In this document: positions 44,055-54,448 of the stretch, piece by piece
How positions within the stretch are numbered: the first letter of the stretch is position 1
Layout of the letters: every line of letters starts with the position of its first letter
NCBI GenBank assembly: GCA_965243115.1
Contig: CBDEUD010000003.1
Span: forward strand, 2,392,325 to 2,456,324
Length of the DNA: 64,000 bases
Reading direction: 5' to 3'
Source: Gammaproteobacteria bacterium
GTDB taxonomy: Bacteria; Pseudomonadota; Gammaproteobacteria; Eutrophobiales; Eutrophobiaceae
Notes under the pieces: generated by a model
Seen by the model: the letters and a program-made list of their open reading frames with translations, nothing else
Told to the model about the DNA's origin: nothing
Databases searched by the model: none
Made by a program: the position numbers and the translations under genes

Positions 44055-45299
44055 TCAGGCTACCCGCCTGGATTTCTGTTTGCGTCCTTCAAGCTCTGCT
44101 GCGTAAGCCTTGTAACGGGTTATCAGCCAGCGGTTGAATTGCGGCAGGGTTGCCTCTTTCGGGGCATAACGGCCCCGGGGTGCAAACCGTGAGCGCAGCC
44201 CTTTGTGAACGGCGGTGTTGGCGCCGGTATCCTGGTCGTTCAGGGTTTCCAGGCCGATGACCACGGATTTGAAAATAATATCGAAATTATCCATGCGCAG
44301 GGTGGATTTGGGATAGATGAAACCGACACGGATGGTCATGGCGTTGGCCCCCTGGGGCAGGATGCAATAATAGAAACAACCGTCCGGCACACAGCCGAAG
44401 AACAGGTTGGGCAGGATACAGGCAAACATCACCCGCTTGCGTTCGTTCTCGGTCAGCCCTTCGATGACCGGGAACAGGCAATGGAATGCAGCGGTGAAAT
44501 TACCGTCCAGTTCCAGGAAACCGGTAGGATGATAGACGGCGCCGTCATCGAAATCGTCCCATTCGGCAAACGTGGCCAGCTTGGAAGGGGCAAAATCGTG
44601 GGGACCCTTGTGCAGGTACCAGGTGTGATGAGGTTCAATGGCGTTTTCGTGCATGAACTTCCAGTTCCACGGACTTGGCCCCCAGTCTACCGTCGGCACG
44701 CCGCCCATCTCTGCCAGGTTATGGTTTTCAACTTCTTTTGTGAGTCGTTTCAGACGCGGGGCCAGGGGTTTCGCCTTGCCGTCCATGTTGATGAAGATGA
44801 AGCCGTTCCACAGTTCGGTACGTAACGTGGGCAGGCAATATTTTTTTTGTAATTCACCCAGGCTGGCGTGTGCATCCATTTCCGGGGCGCTGACCAGCTT
44901 GCCCGTTTCATCGTAGGACCAGCCGTGGAAGGGACAGGTAAAGACACGGGTATTGCCTGTTTCCTCGCCCAGCACGTGTCCGCGGTGCTGGCATACGGCG
45001 GACATGACACGCACACCACCGTCGTCCTTGCGTTGCACCAGCAGCGGGTCTTCATTGATCGAGACGGAGACGTAATCGCCCGGACGGGGTATGGTGCCGA
45101 TGTGTCCCACACAGATCCACTCCCGGTCCCAGACAGCCCGCTTTTCAAATTCAAACCATTCTTCGGAGGTATACACTTCCGGCGGCATGGAGACGCAGTC
45201 CTTCAATTCAACATTGGACTCGTCAAGCCGTCCGAGGATTTCATACAGGTGTTCAGTCAACCTGACATCAGGTAAGGTGTGCGTGACATAATCGGCCAT
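44055..45299 (-). CDS. Rieske non-heme iron oxygenase alpha subunit
   Basis: Rieske motif CQHRGHV...CPFHGWSY. 414 aa. Only 26 bp upstream of the NTF2-CDGSH gene on the same strand. Confidence 0.8.
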   Translation of the reverse strand: MADYVTHTLPDVRLTEHLYEILGRLDESNVELKDCVSMPPEVYTSEEWFEFEKRAVWDREWICVGHIGTIPRPGDYVSVSINEDPLLVQRKDDGGVRVMSAVCQHRGHVLGEETGNTRVFTCPFHGWSYDETGKLVSAPEMDAHASLGELQKKYCLPTLRTELWNGFIFINMDGKAKPLAPRLKRLTKEVENHNLAEMGGVPTVDWGPSPWNWKFMHENAIEPHHTWYLHKGPHDFAPSKLATFAEWDDFDDGAVYHPTGFLELDGNFTAAFHCLFPVIEGLTENERKRVMFACILPNLFFGCVPDGCFYYCILPQGANAMTIRVGFIYPKSTLRMDNFDIIFKSVVIGLETLNDQDTGANTAVHKGLRSRFAPRGRYAPKEATLPQFNRWLITRYKAYAAELEGRKQKSRRVA

Positions 45300-45448
45300 G
45301 ATAACTCCCCCTGGTAAATACGGGATTATGTGAAATAAATTATGCGGTTAGTTCCGCTTTGGCAGGTAATAATATACATTAAATCGTTCAATATTGAAAA
45401 AAACCGGCGTGCGGTTAATTCCTTACCATCAGCGAGCAGGAGAATATC

Positions 45449-45679
45449 ATGAGCAGCATCACGGAAAAGAAAAAAACCATCAGCGATTTCATCGTGCAAT
45501 GCAACAACTATGCCGACGGTCAGATCAGGAAATACCGGATGCGGCTGGAACAGGCCGATGCCATGGATGTCCTTGAAATCGAGTCAAAAATTTACCACTG
45601 GAAGGTATATAAATCGTTCAACGAGTACACCATTGAAGAACTGAAAACGGACGAACTGGATCACTGGTTTGATGAGTAG
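45449..45679 (+). CDS. small hypothetical protein (76 aa), low-GC orphan
   Basis: Strong SD (gcaggagaatatc ATG). Lys/Glu-rich. No family recognised. Confidence 0.4.
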   Translation: MSSITEKKKTISDFIVQCNNYADGQIRKYRMRLEQADAMDVLEIESKIYHWKVYKSFNEYTIEELKTDELDHWFDE

Positions 45680-45751
45680 GTGCCGGGATCAATAGCGGAA
45701 TCAAGGAATCAACGGGGTCTGACCCCATTGATTCCATTGATTTGCCGGTCC

Positions 45752-47179
45752 CTAGCCCAATGGGCGTGACAGGAAGTCCCAGAAAATATAAAAGAAGATC
45801 GTCGACAGCACCAGGGTCAGCAACATGACCGGCAGGCCTTTCCGGAACCAGAGGCCGGGGGTGATGCGCAGGCTCGGATCGTTCTCGTTTCTTGCCAGGC
45901 GCTCCGATATCGTCACGATGAACACGTTTGCGGTCGAACCGATATGGGTACCGTTGCCGCCCATGCCGACGCCGATGGCCAGTCCCCACCACAGCGGCGT
46001 CACGTTTATCCCCACCGTCTCCATGCTCAGAATGATCGGGATCATGGCCGCGGTGAAGGGAATGTTGTCGATGGCCGCGGACATAATGGCTCCCACCCAC
46101 ATCAGGATGATGGTCGCCATCAGCAGGTCCTGTTGCACGAAGGGCGTAATATACTGGCCGATGTACATGAGGAACTGGCTGTGTTCCACGCCCCCCACCA
46201 GCATGAACAGGGAAATGAAGAACACCAGCAAGGTGATTTCCACGTGCTCGAAGGTATTGTCCATGATGATGTTACGGGAAACATACATCAACGATACCAT
46301 GCCGATGGCCGCGACAAACCAGGGCTCCCAGTGAAACCTGTGGTGGAGCATGAAGAGCACGACCATGACCCCGAGGATGATAAGCGAAGCGTTCCACACC
46401 CTCGGGTTTTTCACCTCTGTCGAATAGTCGGATACGTCTGCCGGCGTCTCGGCCAGTTCCTCCTTGAACAGGTATTTCAGGAGGATCAGCACGCCTATCC
46501 AGGCGATGAAAACCGGCGGCACCATGTGGTAGGCAAAATCGTTAAACGAGATATTGGCCGCGGAACCGATCATCAGGTTCGGGGGGTCGCCCACCAGGGT
46601 AGCGACACCGCCGGTATCCGATAACAAGGCAGCCGCCAGCAGGTAGGGTATCGGGGTAATCTTCTGCGCCCGGGCAATCAGGATGATCAGCGGTCCGAAT
46701 ATCACTACCGTGGTCACGTTGTCCAGCAGCAGGGATAATACGGTGACACAGGTGCCTATCAGGGCCAGCAACAGGTACAAGCGGCCCTTGCTGAAATTGG
46801 CGATGCGGTAGGCCAGCATGTCGAAGCCGCCGGTCGGGATCATCATGGCAATCACCGACATCATGGCGCCCAGCAGGAAGACCACGTTCCAGTCCACCGC
46901 CTCCACCGCCAGCGACGGGTTGTAAAAACCGTAGATCTGGCCCACGATCACCATGACCATGGCGCCGCCGGCTGCCACTTTCATGCGTTCCAGTCCATGC
47001 AGCATCTCGGTGAAGATACCGATAAACGTCACTGCCAGGACGATGCCCGAAACCAGCATCGCCTCGTTGAACACCAACGGTGCATCCATTGTTACTGCCT
47101 GTCCAGGGGTGGTCTCCGCACAGGCGAGCATGGGGAACAGTCCGAGCAACAATACACCGAAAACACTTTTTATACTCAT
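45752..47179 (-). CDS. ArsB/NhaD-superfamily ion transporter (NhaD-type Na+/H+ antiporter-like)
   Basis: 475 aa polytopic membrane protein with an N-terminal signal-like segment. Motifs LDNVTTVVIFGPL and LVGDPPNLMIGS are typical of NhaD/ArsB permeases. Confidence 0.65.
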   Translation of the reverse strand: MSIKSVFGVLLLGLFPMLACAETTPGQAVTMDAPLVFNEAMLVSGIVLAVTFIGIFTEMLHGLERMKVAAGGAMVMVIVGQIYGFYNPSLAVEAVDWNVVFLLGAMMSVIAMMIPTGGFDMLAYRIANFSKGRLYLLLALIGTCVTVLSLLLDNVTTVVIFGPLIILIARAQKITPIPYLLAAALLSDTGGVATLVGDPPNLMIGSAANISFNDFAYHMVPPVFIAWIGVLILLKYLFKEELAETPADVSDYSTEVKNPRVWNASLIILGVMVVLFMLHHRFHWEPWFVAAIGMVSLMYVSRNIIMDNTFEHVEITLLVFFISLFMLVGGVEHSQFLMYIGQYITPFVQQDLLMATIILMWVGAIMSAAIDNIPFTAAMIPIILSMETVGINVTPLWWGLAIGVGMGGNGTHIGSTANVFIVTISERLARNENDPSLRITPGLWFRKGLPVMLLTLVLSTIFFYIFWDFLSRPLG

Positions 47180-47384
47180 TGTAACTCCTTGATATTATTA
47201 ATTTTTAACCTATTTTTAACGTTGTGGTTGAGGCGGCATCACACAAAGTTCAAGATTATAATTCGTGATTTTTATATTATCAATATTACATGATTCTTAC
47301 GCCGGCATGATTTTTTCGGCTGCAACGTTATCCATACGCTTCGGCCACTGGTGCATTACCCGGGTTAAGCTATAATAAGCCGCT

Positions 47385-48014
47385 ATGATGACCAGGCAAT
47401 CACTTAACATGGCCCTCATGGTAGCAGGCGTGGTTGTGCTGGCGACCGTTATCGGCATGCTTGCAGCCATGCACCCGCAGGATGAGACGGAACCCGGCAT
47501 CCCGGGGCTGCTCTGGCCTGGATCGAAAACCCTGACGGCATTCGCAGCCGTCGATCATAATAACAATCCGTTCACCCTGACCGACCTGGAGGGAAAATGG
47601 TCGTTCCTGTTCTTCGGTTTCACGCACTGCCCCGATATTTGCCCGATCACCCTGGCTGTCATGGACAAGGTACACAGGCAACTGGAACAGGCACAGCACG
47701 TTCAAACCGTTTTCGTGTCGGTCGACCCCGAACGGGATACGCCGGCACGCCTGGCTCAATACGTCAGTTCCTTCAACCCGTCATTTATCGGCCTTGGGGG
47801 TTCGGTTGAGCAGATTGCAAACCTGACGGGCCAGATCGGCCTCCCCTTTTTCCTGGATAAAACGGAGAGTAAGGAAAACTACCTGGTGGACCACGGTGCG
47901 TCATTATTCCTGGTCGATCCTCTTGGCCGGCTGGTGGCGATATTTTCGACTCCTCACGACAACCGCAGCATCACTGACAGGTTCAACCGGATCCGTCGAC
48001 TCATTGAGGGTTAG
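47385..48014 (+). CDS. SCO1/SenC-family copper chaperone (thioredoxin fold)
   Basis: FFGFTHCPDICP CxxxC copper-binding motif. N-terminal TM anchor. 209 aa. Confidence 0.85.
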   Translation: MMTRQSLNMALMVAGVVVLATVIGMLAAMHPQDETEPGIPGLLWPGSKTLTAFAAVDHNNNPFTLTDLEGKWSFLFFGFTHCPDICPITLAVMDKVHRQLEQAQHVQTVFVSVDPERDTPARLAQYVSSFNPSFIGLGGSVEQIANLTGQIGLPFFLDKTESKENYLVDHGASLFLVDPLGRLVAIFSTPHDNRSITDRFNRIRRLIEG

Positions 48015-48029
48015 CCGGCGTCTTCCTTA

Positions 48030-48863
48030 ATGCCAGGATTTTTTACCCTGACCCCCAATAGGCTGCACCACCTGCTCTCCAGGCTGATGTACAAGGTTAC
48101 CCGCTGCCCGTGGCGTCCCTGGAAAAATACCCTGATCCGGTTGTTCATCGGGAAATACAGGGTCGATATGAGCCTTGCGGAAAAATCCTCAGCCGATGAA
48201 TATACGACCTTCAATGATTTCTTCACCCGCGGCCTCAAACCCGGAACGCGCCCCGTATCCGGGGGGAGCAATGGCCTCATCTCGCCCGTTGACGGCAGCA
48301 CCGGCGCGGCCGGGACTCTTGATGACAACCGGCTGGTCCAGGCCAAGGGCAAATATTACTCACTTGCTGAACTGGTCCATGGAGACGAGGATCACGTCGG
48401 GTATTATCGAAACGGCAACTTCATCACGCTTTACCTGTCGCCCCGGGATTACCACCGGGTTCATATTCCCGCAGACGGAGAACTGGCCTTCATGTCATAC
48501 ATACCGGGCCGGCTATTCTCCGTCGGTCCCGCGCACACGCGCCGCGTCGACAGGCTGTTTGCCCGCAATGAGCGTGTCATCACCACTTTCCGATCGGAGC
48601 TGGGCATGTTCTCCGTAATTTTCATTGGCGCGATCTTCGTCGGTTCAGTGGAAACGACCTGGCATGGGCAGGTTACGCCCGCCGACAAACGGGAATATGC
48701 GAACTGGCAGTACGAGCCGGGTATCAGCTTCGCCCGGGGAGATGAAATCGGCCGTTTCAACATGGGTTCAACGGTGATCCTGCTGACGGAACCCGGTAAG
48801 ATCAACTGGGTCGTAACCGGCGGACAGGTCTCCATGGGCCAGGTGATAGGGATCAGGGGCTAG
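48030..48863 (+). CDS. psd: phosphatidylserine decarboxylase proenzyme
   Basis: Self-cleavage site FNMGSTVILL (LGST-type). 277 aa. 15 bp downstream of the SCO1 gene. Confidence 0.85.
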   Translation: MPGFFTLTPNRLHHLLSRLMYKVTRCPWRPWKNTLIRLFIGKYRVDMSLAEKSSADEYTTFNDFFTRGLKPGTRPVSGGSNGLISPVDGSTGAAGTLDDNRLVQAKGKYYSLAELVHGDEDHVGYYRNGNFITLYLSPRDYHRVHIPADGELAFMSYIPGRLFSVGPAHTRRVDRLFARNERVITTFRSELGMFSVIFIGAIFVGSVETTWHGQVTPADKREYANWQYEPGISFARGDEIGRFNMGSTVILLTEPGKINWVVTGGQVSMGQVIGIRG

Positions 48864-49174
48864 CGGCCGGCCCTTGATCCCTGGCCCCTGGTCCCTCTAT
48901 AAATAAAACCGGGAAATGCGAAGACCACGAACAAAAAGAAGGTGACCGCATAAAACTCCCAGTCCTGCGCGTGGGTTTCCCCCTGCATTTTTTTCTCGAC
49001 CCCCAGGGCAAGGAACCCGGCAAGAAAATACAGCAGCAACCACTCAAGCAAACACATCCACACCGCTTTTCTCTCCGGCCTGACAAACAGCAGGAAACGT
49101 CCGTAAAACCAGGGAACGTTAGCCAGGATAACGGATATGACGATCAACAACCAGGTGACGTTGCCCGCAGACAT
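48860..49174 (-). CDS. small integral membrane protein (DUF2818-like) downstream of nuoN
   Basis: Three hydrophobic helices. 13 bp after the nuoN stop on the same strand. Confidence 0.45.
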   Translation of the reverse strand: MSAGNVTWLLIVISVILANVPWFYGRFLLFVRPERKAVWMCLLEWLLLYFLAGFLALGVEKKMQGETHAQDWEFYAVTFFLFVVFAFPGFIYRGTRGQGSRAGR

Positions 49175-49187
49175 CAGCAGGAACGGG

Positions 49188-50642
49188 CTAGCCCATCAGT
49201 ACCGTGGTACAGATTCGTATGAGTTCTCCGGGGACGAATCCGAGTATCAGCAAGGCCAGGCCGTTGAAACTGATCATCAATCTTACCTGCATGCCGGCCC
49301 CGATCGCCGGCATGGTGTCCGGTTGATCAAAGTACATCAGTTTAACAATACGCAAATAATAGTAGGCCCCTACCACTGAAAAGATAACTGCCAGGATGGC
49401 CAGCCAGATATAACCGATTGCGATTACTTCCTTGATAACGAACCACTTCGCCCAGAATCCCAGGAACGGGGGAACGCCGGCCAGGGAGAACATGAACAGC
49501 AACATGATAAAGGCAAACCAGGGGTTGAATTCGGCAAATCCCTTGAAGTCAGTCAATTGATCGGCTTCATGGTCTGCGCTCCCGGATAAAATAATGAAGC
49601 CGAATGCGCCCAGGCTCATGATGACGTAGGAGATGACATAGAACAACGCCGCTGCATAGGTGGCGCCGGCGCCGGTCTCGAGACCCGGCAGAATACCCAG
49701 GATCAGGAACCCGGCATGGGCGATGGCGGAATATGCCAGCATACGTTTTATATTGGTCTGGGAGATGGCGATGATATTGCCTGCCGCCATGGACAGCACG
49801 GACAGGATGATCAGCATGCCCTGCCAATCGACATGCAACGGTTGCAGACCGTCGATAAGCAGGCGTACCGCCATGGCAAAAGCAGCTACTTTCGGCGCGC
49901 TGGCCAGGAACAGGGTAACCGCGGTCGGTGAACCCTCGTATACATCCGGCAGCCAGGTATGGAACGGGACCGCGCCCAGCTTGAACGCGATCCCGACAAC
50001 AACGAAGACCAGGCCGAAGGTTAACGCAATCCTGCTGCCGGAGTGGGAACTGATGTAACCGGCAAGTTCCGGCAATACCAGGGTGCCGGAGAGGCCGTAT
50101 AAAATTGAAATGCCGTACAACAGCAACCCGGACGCCAGCGCCCCCAGGACAAAATACTTCATGGCTGCCTCGGAGGCCGTGCCTGATTCCCTGTTCATGG
50201 CTACCATGGCGTACAGGGACAGCGACATGAGTTCCAGGCCGAGGTATACGGTCAGCATGCTGTATGCCGATATCATGACCAGCATCCCCAGTACGGCAAA
50301 CAACCCGATCACGAAATATTCGCCCTGCAACTGCCCGCGCGCCTTGAAATAGTGGTACGAGAACAGGAACACGATTACCGATGCGGCGCAAACGGTCACC
50401 TTCAACACCGTGCTCAGCGGATCGAGGATGAAGTGCTGGTTGAATACCGAAATGCGCGCATCCGGATTGAGGCAGATTACGAGAATGATCACGACCACCA
50501 GGGAGACCTGCGCCAGCCAGTAGGTCAGCGGCTTGTTCTCGTCTGTTGAAAACACGTCACATACCAGGACCAGGCAGGCAAGCGCCAGCAGCGCGAGTTC
50601 CGGGATGACATACATCATTTCAGCAGTGATCGGCATCATCAT
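49188..50642 (-). CDS. nuoN: NADH-quinone oxidoreductase subunit N
   Basis: 484 aa antiporter-like membrane subunit. Last gene of the nuo operon. Confidence 0.9.
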   Translation of the reverse strand: MMMPITAEMMYVIPELALLALACLVLVCDVFSTDENKPLTYWLAQVSLVVVIILVICLNPDARISVFNQHFILDPLSTVLKVTVCAASVIVFLFSYHYFKARGQLQGEYFVIGLFAVLGMLVMISAYSMLTVYLGLELMSLSLYAMVAMNRESGTASEAAMKYFVLGALASGLLLYGISILYGLSGTLVLPELAGYISSHSGSRIALTFGLVFVVVGIAFKLGAVPFHTWLPDVYEGSPTAVTLFLASAPKVAAFAMAVRLLIDGLQPLHVDWQGMLIILSVLSMAAGNIIAISQTNIKRMLAYSAIAHAGFLILGILPGLETGAGATYAAALFYVISYVIMSLGAFGFIILSGSADHEADQLTDFKGFAEFNPWFAFIMLLFMFSLAGVPPFLGFWAKWFVIKEVIAIGYIWLAILAVIFSVVGAYYYLRIVKLMYFDQPDTMPAIGAGMQVRLMISFNGLALLILGFVPGELIRICTTVLMG

Positions 50643-52156
50643 ATGATCTTGGATTGTGAGATATGTTGCGCCAGGTGGTTGAGCGTGGTTTCCATCAATT
50701 CAAGCAGCGGCGCCGGCCACAGGCCCAGCAATAACACGGCGCCGGCAAGCAACGCCAGGAACAGGGTCTCGCGCAGGGAAACGTCCTGCAAACCGGCCAC
50801 CCGTTCATTCGCCACGCCGCCGAAGATTACGCGTTTATACATCCATAACGTATAGGCGGCGCCCAGAACCAGTACGGTTGCAGCCGCAACGGCAATCCAG
50901 GCATTGGCATGAAAGCTGCTCAGGATGACCAGGAATTCCCCGACAAATCCCGACGTGCCGGGTAACCCGGCATTGGCCATGGCGAACAGCATCATGAACG
51001 AGGCAAATACCGGCATGGTATTGGCCACTCCGCCGTAATCGGTTATCTGCCGGCTGTGCACCCGGTCGTACATTACCCCGACGCACAGGAACAGGGCGGC
51101 CGAGATCAGGCCGTGCGATATCATCTGCATCATACCCCCAGCCAGTCCCATTACCGCGTCGGTGCCCGGCCCGGACTGGTTTATAAGGGAAAACACGATA
51201 AAAAATCCCAGCGTGACAAACCCCATATGGGAAACGGATGAATAGGCGATCAGTTTTTTCATGTCCTGCTGCACCAGGGCGACAAAGCCGATATAGACGA
51301 TAGCGATCAGCGACAATACGATCATGAAGTTCGCCAATGCCGCGCTGGCGTCCGGTGTGATGGGCAGGCTGAAACGGATAAAGCCGTATCCTCCCATCTT
51401 CAACATGATGGCCGCCAGGATTACGGAACCGCCCGTAGGCGCCTCAACGTGCGCATCGGGCAACCAGGTATGCACCGGCCACATGGGGACCTTTACCGCA
51501 AAGGCAAGCAGGAACGCAATAAATATCCATTTCTGCGCCTCAAGCGACAGCGGCAACCGGTACAGGTCAAGGATATAGAAACTTCCCATTTTCGAGTACA
51601 GGTACAGCAGTGCCACGAGCATGAATACCGAGCCCAGGAAGGTGTACAGAAAAAACTTGATGGTGGCATAAACGCGCCTCGGGCCACCCCATACGCCGAT
51701 GATCAGGAACATGGGGATCAACATGGCTTCCCAGAAAAAATAGAACAGTATCGCATCCATGGACACGAACACCCCGTTCATCAACCCTTCCAGGATGAGA
51801 AAGGACGCCAGGTACTGGGACAGCCTGGCCTCGATAACCACCCAGCCGGCAATCACCACCAGGACGGTGGTAAACGTCGTCAACATGATCAGGGGCACGG
51901 AGATACCGTCGACCCCCAGGTGATAATTTATGTTGAACGTGCTTATCCATTCGGAGTATTCAACAAACTGCATCAGCACCGTTGCGGTGTCGAAGCGCAG
52001 GTATAACAGGATCGACAACAACAGCGCGCACAGGGACACCAGCAGGGCAAACAGTTTGACCGAATCCCGCATCCTGTCTCCGGCGCAGAGGACAACCGCT
52101 CCGCCCAGTATGGGCGCCCAGACCAGTAAACTCAGAATAGGCAGGGATTGGAGCAT
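50639..52156 (-). CDS. nuoM: NADH-quinone oxidoreductase subunit M
   Basis: 505 aa, Mrp-antiporter-like. Overlaps nuoN by 4 bp. Confidence 0.9.
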   Translation of the reverse strand: MLQSLPILSLLVWAPILGGAVVLCAGDRMRDSVKLFALLVSLCALLLSILLYLRFDTATVLMQFVEYSEWISTFNINYHLGVDGISVPLIMLTTFTTVLVVIAGWVVIEARLSQYLASFLILEGLMNGVFVSMDAILFYFFWEAMLIPMFLIIGVWGGPRRVYATIKFFLYTFLGSVFMLVALLYLYSKMGSFYILDLYRLPLSLEAQKWIFIAFLLAFAVKVPMWPVHTWLPDAHVEAPTGGSVILAAIMLKMGGYGFIRFSLPITPDASAALANFMIVLSLIAIVYIGFVALVQQDMKKLIAYSSVSHMGFVTLGFFIVFSLINQSGPGTDAVMGLAGGMMQMISHGLISAALFLCVGVMYDRVHSRQITDYGGVANTMPVFASFMMLFAMANAGLPGTSGFVGEFLVILSSFHANAWIAVAAATVLVLGAAYTLWMYKRVIFGGVANERVAGLQDVSLRETLFLALLAGAVLLLGLWPAPLLELMETTLNHLAQHISQSKII

Positions 52157-52166
52157 ACCGGCGGGT

Positions 52167-54146
52167 TCACATGAGTTGGTGGACGAAAACCGCCAGGAGC
52201 AACAACAGCCCGATAATCATGGCAAAGGCGTAATGGTACAGGTAGCCGGTCTGCAGGTTCCTGATCAATGCTGAAAACCAGCGCACCACACGGGCTGAAC
52301 CGTTGACCAGGAAACCATCTATGATACGTTCGTCGCCCCATTGCCAGAGCGCCATGCCGGCGTTGCGGGCGCCGCCGGCAAATACGGCCTGGTAGAGTTC
52401 GTCAAAGTAGTATTTCCTGACAAACAGCCGGTAAGGCAGGGCGAGAAGTCCGGCGATTTTACCCGGCCAGCCCGGAAACCTGACATAAAACAGCCAGGCA
52501 ACGCAGATCCCCGCCAGCGCCAGCCATACGGGCGCATGCTTGTACGAGTTCACGACAAAGTCCAGGGCGCCGGAATAATGCGAAGCAATTTCCTGCAGAC
52601 CCGCAGCATGCTGCGCGGATACGTGGATCGCATCCATGTAATAATCGCCCAATACCATGGGACCCGCCAGGAAACCGCCGATAGCCAGGGATGGGATGGC
52701 GAGGATGAACAACGGCACGGTAACGACTCCCGGCGACTCCTGCAAATGCTCCCAGGTATGCCGGTCCATGCGCTCCTTGCCGTGGAACGTCATAAAAAAC
52801 AGGCGGAACGTGTACAGCGCGGTGATAAAAACGCCGCTCAGCACGGCCAGGTAGGCAAACCCCGCGCCCGGGAGTTGCGAGTAATGCACCGCCTCGATTA
52901 TGGCATCCTTCGAGAAAAACCCCGACGTCATCGGAAATCCGACCAGCGCCAGCGACCCGATCAGCGCAGTGAACCACGTCACCGGCATATAACGGTACAA
53001 CCCACCCATTTTGCGCATGTCCTGCTCATGGTGGAGTGCGATAATCACGGAACCCGCGGCCAGGAACAGCAAGGCCTTGAAAAAGGCATGCGTCACCAGG
53101 TGAAAGATGGCAATGGAGTAGGCGGAAGCGCCAAGCGCCACGGTCATGTAGCCTAACTGGGACAGGGTCGAATAGGCGACAACCCGTTTGATGTCGTTCT
53201 GGACCAGTCCCAGCAGGCCCATGAAAAACGCCGTCAGCGCGCCGATCAGCAGGATCATGCTGAGCGCAACCTCGGACAACTCGAACAGGGGCGACATGCG
53301 CGCCACCATGAAAATGCCTGCCGTTACCATCGTCGCCGCGTGAATCAATGCGGATATGGGCGTCGGGCCCTCCATGGAATCCGGCAGCCACACGTGCAGG
53401 GGAACCTGGGCGGATTTTCCCATGGCGCCGATGAACAGGCAGATGCAGATGAAACTCAGAACAGACCATTCCAGTCCCGGGATCAGGGATATGGTGGTAC
53501 CCGTGAGCGCCTGTGCCTGGCCGAACACCTGCAGGTAATCCAGGGAATTGAAATACGTCAGGACCGCGGCAATGCCGATGAGGAAACCGAAATCGCCCAC
53601 CCGGTTGACGAGAAACGCCTTGAGGCCGGCAAAGTTGGCCGACTCGCGCTTGAACCAGAAACCTATCAGCAGGTAGGACACCAGTCCGACCGCTTCCCAG
53701 CCGAAAAACAACTGGACGAAGTTGTTGGACATCACCAGCATCAGCATGGCAAAAGTGAACAGGGAGATATAACTGAAAAAACGCTGGTATCCCGGGTCGT
53801 CATGCATGTAGCCGATGGTATAGATATGGATCATCCAGGACACGAAACTGACGACTACCATCATCGTCACCGATAGCTGGTCCACCAGGAATCCCATGGT
53901 GAAATGCAACTCGCCGACAGAAAGCCAGGTATATACATCGGCGTTATACACTTCACCGCCGTCAAACATGAGATGCTTGTAGGCAAGCAGGGACAGCAGC
54001 GTGGAAATACCCACGCCGATGATCGTCACCCAGTGCGCGCCGCGCCTGCCGATGACATTCCCGGCCAGGCCGGCGATGACCGCTCCGAGTAACGGCGCGA
54101 GCACGATGGCAAGATAGATATGGTCCGGATTAAACACCGGCATCAT
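52167..54146 (-). CDS. nuoL: NADH-quinone oxidoreductase subunit L
   Basis: 659 aa with the long C-terminal helix-containing extension typical of NuoL. Confidence 0.9.
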   Translation of the reverse strand: MMPVFNPDHIYLAIVLAPLLGAVIAGLAGNVIGRRGAHWVTIIGVGISTLLSLLAYKHLMFDGGEVYNADVYTWLSVGELHFTMGFLVDQLSVTMMVVVSFVSWMIHIYTIGYMHDDPGYQRFFSYISLFTFAMLMLVMSNNFVQLFFGWEAVGLVSYLLIGFWFKRESANFAGLKAFLVNRVGDFGFLIGIAAVLTYFNSLDYLQVFGQAQALTGTTISLIPGLEWSVLSFICICLFIGAMGKSAQVPLHVWLPDSMEGPTPISALIHAATMVTAGIFMVARMSPLFELSEVALSMILLIGALTAFFMGLLGLVQNDIKRVVAYSTLSQLGYMTVALGASAYSIAIFHLVTHAFFKALLFLAAGSVIIALHHEQDMRKMGGLYRYMPVTWFTALIGSLALVGFPMTSGFFSKDAIIEAVHYSQLPGAGFAYLAVLSGVFITALYTFRLFFMTFHGKERMDRHTWEHLQESPGVVTVPLFILAIPSLAIGGFLAGPMVLGDYYMDAIHVSAQHAAGLQEIASHYSGALDFVVNSYKHAPVWLALAGICVAWLFYVRFPGWPGKIAGLLALPYRLFVRKYYFDELYQAVFAGGARNAGMALWQWGDERIIDGFLVNGSARVVRWFSALIRNLQTGYLYHYAFAMIIGLLLLLAVFVHQLM

Positions 54147-54448
54147 CCCTTCAGGCTATCCAGGTCCACCACGTTGATGGTATTCCGGTTGCGGAATAAA
54201 ACGACCAGGATCGCCAGGCCGATGGCGGCTTCGGCCGCCGCGACCGTCAGAATAAAGAAGACAAAGACCTGGCCGTGAATGTCACCGAGAAAATGGGAAA
54301 ACCCGATAAAGTTCAGGTTCACGGAGAGCAGCATCAATTCGATGCACATCAACAGGATAATGACATTTTTCCTGTTGATGAAAATGCCCGCCACGCTGAT
54401 GCAGAACAGTAACGCGGCCAGTATAAGGACGTCGCTGAGTTCAATCAT
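54143..54448 (-). CDS. nuoK: NADH-quinone oxidoreductase subunit K
   Basis: [41 protein letters not shown] is the classical NuoK sequence. The ORF-track extension to 54481 ([11 protein letters not shown]) is probably not translated. Confidence 0.85.
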   Translation of the reverse strand: MIELSDVLILAALLFCISVAGIFINRKNVIILLMCIELMLLSVNLNFIGFSHFLGDIHGQVFVFFILTVAAAEAAIGLAILVVLFRNRNTINVVDLDSLKG

